Source: Gammaproteobacteria bacterium (GTDB lineage Bacteria; Pseudomonadota; Gammaproteobacteria; SZUA-140). Taken from it: DNA of 64,000 nt. Where the stretch lies: contig JAKISP010000010.1 in assembly GCA_021648525.1 (NCBI GenBank), positions 5,695-69,694 of the forward strand, in the 5' to 3' direction. A model generated the notes under the pieces. It did not search any database. It was not told the DNA's origin and saw only the letters and a list, made by a program, of their open reading frames with translations. Shown one piece after another: positions 57,068-64,000 of this stretch (within the stretch, counting starts at the first letter, position 1; each line of letters opens with the position of its first letter). The position numbers and the translations under genes were made by a program.

Positions 57068-58498
57068 TCACCCATTGTAGCTTTGCCCCTCGGGGTTGGG
57101 TGAAGGGATGGATAAATTTACAAAACCAGGCAGGGTGATCCTGAACTCTGTGATCCTCTCATCAGAGCGGGCCACAATGGTACCGTCATGTGATTCGACA
57201 ATTGATTTAACGATGGCCAAACCCAGTCCGGCGCCTTCGCCACTGCGTTGACGTGATGGATCGGTGCGGTAGAAACGGTCGAAAATTTTACCGAGGTGTT
57301 CAACAGGGATGGGTATGCCGGGGTTCTGCACCACAACCAGGGCATCTCCATCTGAGTAGCCGAGTGTTACCGAGACGCTGCCACCTTTCGGTGTGTAGCG
57401 GACGGCATTGGAAAGTAAGTTGCTGAGTGCGCGGCGTAGCATCAGGCGATCTCCCTTTACGTGAGCATCGCCATCCAGTAGGAGTGAAACATCACACTCT
57501 TCAGCCCAGGCACTGTAATAATCGAACAAATTGCGCAGTTCACTTTTCAGATCAACCGCTTCTGTATTGGGTGGATTAAGACCGTTATCAGCCTTCGCTA
57601 AAAAGAGCATATCGCCGATCATTTGCGCCATGCGTTCGTATTCTTCCATATTGGAATAGAGAATTTCCTTATATTCGTCGGTATCACGTGTCTGGGACAG
57701 TGCAACCTGAGTCTGAGTCATCAAGTTGGTGACTGGGGTGCGCAGCTCGTGGGCGATGTCAGCAGAGAAATGGGAAAGATGGCTAAAAGCCTCTTCCATG
57801 CGTTGCAGCAGTTCATTGAACGACACGGCTAGTTCGGTGAGTTCAGCCGGAACCGCTTTAGGATTAAGGCGACTGTTTAACTCGTTGGCACTGATGCGGC
57901 TGAGCTGGTCAACCATATTGTGAAGTGGTTTGTGGCCATGCCGTACAGCAACCCAGCCCATCATGCCCATCACGATGACGCCGCAGGCCACCATCAGCCA
58001 GAGTGTGAGGCGAAACTGGGTGAGGAACTGAAGGTGGAAGTCGATAGCAACAGCGATCACAATGGTGTAAACGACGTTATTTTTTCCACTGACTTGCTGG
58101 GTTAAAACCCGGTAGTGATGCCTGTCGTTGCTCCACTGCCGTATGTTGCTGTGTGAAAGGTGGTTATTGTAAGGCAACGGAACTTGAGACAGGTCTGATT
58201 CGGTGCTGCTATACAGGGGTTTTTCTGAGCCATTACTAATATATAGCAGCGGGTTGTGATGACCGACGAGCATGTCGTCAAAACGCTGTTTAATGGGGCC
58301 CAGGTCATCATCGACATGCAGCGTGGCGAGTGACTGTTTTACCGCCTGGGCGACGACCTCAAGCTCTTTGCTGTCCTGGGTGATAAAATGTTCATTAATA
58401 GAGCGCTCGATAATCCAGCCAAAAGCGAGAAAAACCACCGTGGCAACAGCGCTGAACAGCAGGGTTAGCCGCAGTGTTAGCGAGGTGGGTCGTATCAT
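57068..58498 (-). CDS. cusS: heavy-metal sensor histidine kinase (CusS/CopS family)
   Basis: It is 476 aa. It has two TM helices flanking a periplasmic domain, then a HAMP domain. The H-box is FSADIAHELRTP. The N, G1 and G2 boxes are LSNAVRYT, VQNPG and GLGLAIV. It is in an operon with an OmpR-family regulator, divergent from an RND efflux system. Confidence 0.8.
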   Translation of the reverse strand: MIRPTSLTLRLTLLFSAVATVVFLAFGWIIERSINEHFITQDSKELEVVAQAVKQSLATLHVDDDLGPIKQRFDDMLVGHHNPLLYISNGSEKPLYSSTESDLSQVPLPYNNHLSHSNIRQWSNDRHHYRVLTQQVSGKNNVVYTIVIAVAIDFHLQFLTQFRLTLWLMVACGVIVMGMMGWVAVRHGHKPLHNMVDQLSRISANELNSRLNPKAVPAELTELAVSFNELLQRMEEAFSHLSHFSADIAHELRTPVTNLMTQTQVALSQTRDTDEYKEILYSNMEEYERMAQMIGDMLFLAKADNGLNPPNTEAVDLKSELRNLFDYYSAWAEECDVSLLLDGDAHVKGDRLMLRRALSNLLSNAVRYTPKGGSVSVTLGYSDGDALVVVQNPGIPIPVEHLGKIFDRFYRTDPSRQRSGEGAGLGLAIVKSIVESHDGTIVARSDERITEFRITLPGFVNLSIPSPNPEGQSYNG

Positions 58499-58504
58499 CT
58501 TATT

Positions 58505-59191
58505 CTATGCCTCTTCGTCCGGCAGGTCGATCATATAACCCATGCCGCGTACTGTCTGAATCAGTTTGAGTTCAAAATTGTCGTCAATCTTGCCACGTAG
58601 ACGGCGAATGGCAACATCAATGACATTGGTGTCGCTATCGAAATTCATATCCCAGACCTGAGAGGCAATCAAGGAGCGAGGCAGCACTTCACCCTGGCGA
58701 CGCACCAGCAGCTCCAGGAGGGAGAATTCCTTGGCGGTCAGGTGAATGCGCTTGTTGCCGCGACGGGCACGATGACGCGCCAGATCCAGTTCCAGGTCGG
58801 CAATGCTGAGGCTTAACTCTGTGGCTGGATTGGCGCTACGGCGTAACAATGTGCGCACACGGGCCAGTAGTTCAGCGAAGACGAAGGGTTTGACAAGGTA
58901 GTCGTCCGCGCCCAGCTCTAGCCCCTTAACTCGGTCATCAATACTTTCACGGGCAGTCAGGTATAAAACGGTCACCTCTTTACCAGCCTCGCGCAATGAT
59001 TGCAAAATCTGCCAGCCATCGATATCCGGCAGCATGACATCTAGAATCAGTAGATCGTAATCTCCTGTCATGGCCAGGTGGTGGCCATCCAGCCCGTTGT
59101 GGCTTAGGTCGACAATAAATCCGGCCTCGCTCAATCCCTGCCTGAGATATTCTCCGGTTTTAGCTTCATCTTCGACAATTAAGAGTTTCAT
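58505..59191 (-). CDS. cusR: heavy-metal response regulator (OmpR family; CusR/CopR-like)
   Basis: It is 228 aa. Its receiver domain has the D-D-K residues ([13 protein letters not shown]). It has a winged-helix C-terminus ([20 protein letters not shown]...MGYMI). Confidence 0.85.
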   Translation of the reverse strand: MKLLIVEDEAKTGEYLRQGLSEAGFIVDLSHNGLDGHHLAMTGDYDLLILDVMLPDIDGWQILQSLREAGKEVTVLYLTARESIDDRVKGLELGADDYLVKPFVFAELLARVRTLLRRSANPATELSLSIADLELDLARHRARRGNKRIHLTAKEFSLLELLVRRQGEVLPRSLIASQVWDMNFDSDTNVIDVAIRRLRGKIDDNFELKLIQTVRGMGYMIDLPDEEA

Positions 59192-59295
59192 GGGGCACCT
59201 CCATTAATTCTGGGCAAAACAGATTGAATTCAAAATTTGTCACATCAAGGCATGAATCGCAGGTAATGCCGAAAGGGGCACGTTGTAGCGAGTCT

Positions 59296-59430
59296 GTTAC
59301 CAAAAATTGTAACGTCGATGGGATGGGCTCTGGATCAACAGGCTCGTTCTGAATTGCGGTATCCCACCTTCAAACAGCCTGGTCCATCACGCCTGTCATG
59401 AGTATGACAGTAACATTACAAAATTGTAAT
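59296..59430. promoter_or_regulatory. divergent cusRS / cusCBA promoter region with two palindromic cop-box-like sites
   Basis: GTTACcaaaaattGTAAC lies at about 59296-59313. The perfect palindrome ATTACAaaatTGTAAT lies at about 59415-59430, about 95 nt upstream of the cusC start. Confidence 0.5.
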
Positions 59431-59523
59431 GCAGATGTCACCTCAGTGACAGTGTTACCCCTATACTCTTACTGCATCAGATTTTAGCCATATTAATATT
59501 AGAGATATCCGAGGAGTAATTCA

Positions 59524-60831
59524 TTGTATTTTCGATTTCGATTTCGATATGGGTCTGGCTTACTCGTACATTTGTTGTTTGTCAGCGTGTTGATGCCAGG
59601 CGTGGCCACTGCTCAGGCAGTAGAGCCGCTCTTTCTGGACAGGGCCATTGCTGAGGCTTTGTCCAGCAACCCTGGCCTGGCCGCGATTGAGGCAAGAGCT
59701 CAGGCGCTAGCTGAGATGCCGGATCAGGTCGAGGCACTGCCCGATCCGGTGTTGTCGGTCAATCTTCTCAATCTGCCTCTGGATAGTTTTTCCTTTACGC
59801 AGGAGGCTATGACGCAGTTTCAGGTGGGTATTGCTCAAGCACTGCCTTATCCCGGCAAGCTGGCTTTGCACGCCCGGGTTGCTCGACATGAGGCTGGAGC
59901 GGCTGAGGCTGATCTGGAAGAGAAACGGCTACAACTGATACGTGATGTCAAAACCGTGTGGTGGAATATTTTTTACCTGGACCGGGCGCTGGAGGTGATT
60001 GCACGTAACCAGATTCTACTTGCGCAATTTGTCAATGTCACCGAGACGCGTTATACGGTTGGCCGTGGTTTACAACAGGACATCCTGCTGGCACAACTGG
60101 AACTATCCAGGTTGAGCGATAGCGCGATTCGTGTAGAGAACATGCGTGAAAACGAAGCGGTGCGCCTGAATGTGTTGATGGATCATCCGGCGGCAGAGAC
60201 TATCCAGTTACCTGTTTCTGTCGATGAGGTTTTATTAACATTAAATAGTGCGGAAATCATACAGCAGCAGGCGGTCAACAGCCGACCAGAATTAGCCGCG
60301 CAGACGGAGCGATTAGGGGCTGCACGCAGCCGAGTTGATCTGGCGAAAGAGGATTATGCGCCCGATTTTAAAGTGGGTGCGGTGTATGGCCTGCGCAATG
60401 GTAATAACCCCAATGGCGGCAGTCGTGCTGACTTCGGCTCTCTCCTGTTCAGCATGAACCTGCCTCTTTATACCGGCAGTAAACAGGATCGCGCTGTTGA
60501 TCAGCGGAATGCCGAGTGGATGCAGAAAAAATATCAGCTTCATGACCAGCGTAACCAGGTGGCCGCACAAGTACAGCAGGCGATGACCGATTACCGCCGT
60601 TCTGGTGAGCAAGCGCAGTTGTTCCAGCAGGAGATCATCCCGCAGGCACGCCAGACAGTTGACGCCATGCTGGCTGGTTATCAGGTGGGGAAGGTCGATT
60701 TTCTCAATCTGGTGCGCAGTCAGACCACGCTTTACAATTATGAGACCGAATACTGGAGTGCCCTGAGTGCAGCCAATCAGGCGATGGCGCGGTTGATCGC
60801 GGCGGTGGGTGAGGAGAATGTTTATGAATAA
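59524..60831 (+). CDS. cusC: outer-membrane efflux protein (TolC/CusC family)
   Basis: It is 435 aa with a signal peptide. It has the typical OEP repeats. It is followed by adaptor and RND genes. Confidence 0.8.
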   Translation: MYFRFRFRYGSGLLVHLLFVSVLMPGVATAQAVEPLFLDRAIAEALSSNPGLAAIEARAQALAEMPDQVEALPDPVLSVNLLNLPLDSFSFTQEAMTQFQVGIAQALPYPGKLALHARVARHEAGAAEADLEEKRLQLIRDVKTVWWNIFYLDRALEVIARNQILLAQFVNVTETRYTVGRGLQQDILLAQLELSRLSDSAIRVENMRENEAVRLNVLMDHPAAETIQLPVSVDEVLLTLNSAEIIQQQAVNSRPELAAQTERLGAARSRVDLAKEDYAPDFKVGAVYGLRNGNNPNGGSRADFGSLLFSMNLPLYTGSKQDRAVDQRNAEWMQKKYQLHDQRNQVAAQVQQAMTDYRRSGEQAQLFQQEIIPQARQTVDAMLAGYQVGKVDFLNLVRSQTTLYNYETEYWSALSAANQAMARLIAAVGEENVYE

Positions 60832-62179
60832 AATAACGGGTAGTATTGTGTTGGTAGCAACGTTTTCTATGGGGTTTGCTGGTAGTCATTTTTTGACAGA
60901 ATTCACTGCTTCCCCCGTTAAAAATACAGAAAAGCAATCGACAGAACGCAAGGCGCTGTATTATCGCAATCCGATGAATCCTGCCATTACTTCGCCTGTA
61001 TTTATGCAAGATGATATGGGCATGGACTATATTGCAGTCTATGCCGATGGTGGTGGTCGCGGTGATGCACCCGCAGGCACGGTTACCATTGATCCGGTGA
61101 CCGTGCAGAACATCGGTGTACGCACGACATTAGCTGAAACGCGTGATCTCTCTCGGGCACTGAGCGGCCTGGGGCGTGTTGATTTCAACGAGGAACATCT
61201 GGCTCGTCTGCACCCCAAAACTTCTGGCTGGATCGAGGAGTTGAAGATTAATGAAACCGGTAAGAAGGTAAGCAAAGGCACTATCCTGCTCAGTATCTAC
61301 TCGCCCGAACTAGTGGCCGCACAGCAGGAATACCTGGTGGCACTGAATAACTGGGAAACTGTGAGCAGTAGTGGCGTTTCGCAAATGAAAAGAAGCGCTA
61401 AGACCATACTTGATAGCGCTAAAGAACGCTTGCAGTTGTTCGACGTGCCAGTTCACCAGATCAAAGAGCTGGAACAGAGCCGCAAGATCAAGAAACAGCT
61501 GCATATCCACTCCCCTTTTGAAGGCCGGGTGATGAATATTGGCGCACGGGAGGGACAATATGTTACCCCTAAAAATGAACTCTATTTGATTGCCGACCTG
61601 AGCCGCATCTGGGTCAACGTCGATATCTTTGAAGATGAGCTGAGTTGGCTTAAAGAGGGGGATCGTGCCGAGATGCGAGTACGAGCTGAACCGGGTCGAA
61701 CCTATAAAGGCAAGATCACCTTTATTCACCCAATTTTAAATCCGAAGAGCCGCACAGTACAGGTGAGGCTGGAGTTTGATAACGCCGACCTGTCACTTAA
61801 ACCGGGCATGTTTGCTAATGTGACGCTTTACGTTGATACACAACCCAGTGCAGTGGTGGTACCCAGTGAAGCAATTGTGCGTTCTGGTAGCCGTGAACAG
61901 CTGTTTGTGGTGCGTGAACCGGGTAAGTTTGAACCGAGAGAAGTGACCCTGGGTGTGAGTGCCGAAGGGATGACTCAAATTTTGTCTGGTCTGGAAGCGG
62001 GTGAACAGGTGGTCACCTCCAGTCAGTTCCTCATCGATTCTGAATCCAAGTTGCGCGAAGCCACGGCCAAGATGATGGCAGTGATGGCGGGAGAAAGCAT
62101 TGAATATAACATGGGTGATATGAATATGTCGATGGATGATATGGATATGGGTGACATGGAAATGGAGGAGTCTAACTAA
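60824..62179 (+). CDS. cusB: efflux RND periplasmic adaptor subunit (CusB-like) with a Met/Asp-rich C-terminal tail
   Basis: The start is MNKITG after GAGGAG and overlaps the cusC stop. It has HlyD-like beta-barrel and lipoyl segments. The tail is [22 protein letters not shown]. Confidence 0.8.
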   Translation: MNKITGSIVLVATFSMGFAGSHFLTEFTASPVKNTEKQSTERKALYYRNPMNPAITSPVFMQDDMGMDYIAVYADGGGRGDAPAGTVTIDPVTVQNIGVRTTLAETRDLSRALSGLGRVDFNEEHLARLHPKTSGWIEELKINETGKKVSKGTILLSIYSPELVAAQQEYLVALNNWETVSSSGVSQMKRSAKTILDSAKERLQLFDVPVHQIKELEQSRKIKKQLHIHSPFEGRVMNIGAREGQYVTPKNELYLIADLSRIWVNVDIFEDELSWLKEGDRAEMRVRAEPGRTYKGKITFIHPILNPKSRTVQVRLEFDNADLSLKPGMFANVTLYVDTQPSAVVVPSEAIVRSGSREQLFVVREPGKFEPREVTLGVSAEGMTQILSGLEAGEQVVTSSQFLIDSESKLREATAKMMAVMAGESIEYNMGDMNMSMDDMDMGDMEMEESN

Positions 62180-64000
62180 TGATCGTCAGTATCATTGAAG
62201 CCTCGCTGCGCAACCGTTTTTTGATCATTATTGCCACGATAATGATTGTGGTGGCTGGCCTGTGGTCGATGAAAAATACGCCGCTGGATGCGATTCCCGA
62301 TCTCTCCGATGTGCAGGTGATCGTTTTTACCGAATACCCCGGCCAGGCACCACAGGTGGTTGAAGACCAGGTCACCTATCCACTCACCACGGCTATGTTG
62401 GCAGTACCCAGCGCCAAAGTGGTACGTGGCTACTCCTTTTTTGGTTACTCCTTTGTCTATATTATTTTTGATGATGGCACGGATATGTACTGGGCGCGCT
62501 CGCGAGTGCTGGAGTATCTTAACTATGTCAGCGGTCGCTTGCCGGATGGACTAACGCCATCACTGGGGCCGGATGCGACCGGTGTTGGTTGGGTCTATGA
62601 ATATGCACTGGTCGATAAAACAGGTAATACTGATCTGGCCGAACTGCGCTCTATTCAGGACTGGTATCTGCGTTACCCCTTACAGACCGTTGAGGGAATC
62701 TCTGAGGTGGCCTCCATTGGTGGTCATGTTAAACAGTATCAGGTTGAAGTTGACCCCAATGCACTGCTGGCCTACAACATTCCGCTATCGAAAATTAAAC
62801 ACGCTATTCAACGTTCCAACAACGATGTCGGCGGTAAATTGATCGAGATGGCCGAGACCGAATATATGGTGCGCGGTCTGGGTTATATCCAGTCGATTGA
62901 TGATCTGAACGTCATCCCTGTTGGTGTTGATGACAACGGCACCCCGATTCGATTACAGGATGTTGCGCATATACATCTCGGGCCAGAACTGCGCCGTGGT
63001 GTGGCTGAATTGAATGGTGAAGGTGAAGTGGCGGGTGGCGTGGTGATTATGCGTTATGGTGAAAATGCAATGGCTGTGATCGAGCGGGTGCGCGCTAAAC
63101 TGGAAGAGCTTAAACCAGGCCTGCCCGAAGGGGTAGAAATTGTACCAGTCTATGATCGCGGTGATTTGATCACCCGTGCGGTGGATAATCTTAAAGAAAA
63201 ACTGATCGAAGAGATTATCGTTGTCAGCCTTATCTGCATCCTGTTTTTACTTCATGCCCGTTCCGCGCTGGTGGCCATTGTTTCGCTGCCGATCGGGATT
63301 CTGCTGGCGTTCGTTTTCATGAAATGGCAAGGTATCAACGCCAACATCATGTCCCTCGGCGGCATCGCCATCGCCATCGGTGCGATGGTGGATGGGGCGA
63401 TTGTGATGATCGAAAATGGTCACAAACACCTTGAAAAGATGGTGAAAGAGAAAGGACGAGAACTGACCTCGCCTGAACGATGGCAAGCAGTAACTGAGGC
63501 GTCGCGAGAAGTTGGCCCGGCACTTTTCTTTTCTCTGTTGATTATCACGGTCTCCTTTCTGCCAGTCTTTACCCTGCAGGCGCAGGAGGGACGACTCTTT
63601 GCACCCCTCGCGTTTACTAAAACCTATGCGATGGCTGCGGCAGCGATTTTAGCGATCACCCTCGTACCGGTGTTAATGGGTTATTTTATTCGTGGCAAAA
63701 TCCCTGCAGAAGCAAAAAACCCGGTGAACCGGTTTCTCCATTTTGTCCATAGACCAACCCTGAGTCTGGCCATTCACTGGCGCTGGATAACGTTGGCGCT
63801 ATCGCTTGTTTTGCTGGCTGTCACCTGGTATCCACTGAGCAAACTGGGTAGTGAGTTCATGCCACCGCTGAATGAAGGTGACATTCTCTATATGCCGACC
63901 ACCTACCCTGGCATCTCCATCACCAAGGCCAAAGAGCTGTTGCAACAGACGGATAAGATCATTAAATCGTTCCCGGAAGTACACCACGTGTTTGGCAAAG
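62179..64000 (+). CDS. cusA: heavy-metal efflux RND permease (CusA/CzcA, HME family), N-terminal ~607 aa; the 3' end lies outside the window
   Basis: The start is [24 protein letters not shown] after GGAGGA. The frame is open to the window end. It has typical HME-RND TM1 and periplasmic loop sequences ([32 protein letters not shown]). Confidence 0.85.
   Translation, partial: MIVSIIEASLRNRFLIIIATIMIVVAGLWSMKNTPLDAIPDLSDVQVIVFTEYPGQAPQVVEDQVTYPLTTAMLAVPSAKVVRGYSFFGYSFVYIIFDDGTDMYWARSRVLEYLNYVSGRLPDGLTPSLGPDATGVGWVYEYALVDKTGNTDLAELRSIQDWYLRYPLQTVEGISEVASIGGHVKQYQVEVDPNALLAYNIPLSKIKHAIQRSNNDVGGKLIEMAETEYMVRGLGYIQSIDDLNVIPVGVDDNGTPIRLQDVAHIHLGPELRRGVAELNGEGEVAGGVVIMRYGENAMAVIERVRAKLEELKPGLPEGVEIVPVYDRGDLITRAVDNLKEKLIEEIIVVSLICILFLLHARSALVAIVSLPIGILLAFVFMKWQGINANIMSLGGIAIAIGAMVDGAIVMIENGHKHLEKMVKEKGRELTSPERWQAVTEASREVGPALFFSLLIITVSFLPVFTLQAQEGRLFAPLAFTKTYAMAAAAILAITLVPVLMGYFIRGKIPAEAKNPVNRFLHFVHRPTLSLAIHWRWITLALSLVLLAVTWYPLSKLGSEFMPPLNEGDILYMPTTYPGISITKAKELLQQTDKIIKSFPEVHHVFGK

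Overview
This 64 kb window is a gammaproteobacterial chromosome segment whose housekeeping gene order matches Pseudomonas. It carries rsmE, a 2-Cys peroxiredoxin, birA-coaX-SPOR, rpe-gph-trpE-trpG-trpD-trpC, a vfr/crp-like regulator divergent from an OsmC-like gene, coq7, rplM-rpsI and a tRNA-Gln(CUG). Immediately downstream of the tRNA-Gln, about 25.6-44.9 kb, lies a large same-strand cluster that is not a textbook system and that I regard as the most interesting content. It has two tandem paralogous outer-membrane proteins with conserved leader regions and a classical trimeric-type porin. It then has a tetraheme 'doubled-CXXCH' cytochrome, a PpiC-type prolyl isomerase, a 602-aa outer-membrane beta-barrel and three c7-type triheme cytochromes, two of which are paralogs. 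Those two paralogs flank a novel fusion of an amicyanin-like cupredoxin to a long helical domain. The cluster continues with two NHL-repeat beta-propeller lipoproteins and an 891-aa cytochrome with 11 CXXCH motifs. It ends with a dedicated System II cytochrome c maturation pair (ResB/Ccs1 + CcsA) plus a TPR protein and a DsbA-family thiol-disulfide oxidoreductase. I infer that this is an outer-membrane porin-cytochrome electron conduit, possibly for extracellular electron transfer or metal (Fe/Mn) or electrode oxidation, with its own heme-attachment machinery. Other notable items are listed below. Two paralogous ~31-33 aa hydrophobic peptides sit in a 1.3 kb AT-rich gap. A 30-bp perfect-stem palindrome lies between trpG and trpD. 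A frameshifted Avd/S23-like four-helix-bundle gene sits next to the tRNA. A His-rich periplasmic protein is paired with a HupE/UreJ-like membrane protein. A 740-aa lipoprotein carries about 8 tandem 'PxVAMDxxGNAIIxW' repeats. The window ends with a cusRS / cusCBA-type heavy-metal efflux locus that has palindromic cop-box-like sites in the divergent promoter, and cusA is truncated at the window end. No CRISPR array, integrase or transposase was seen. Coordinates derived by hand may be off by 1-2 nt.
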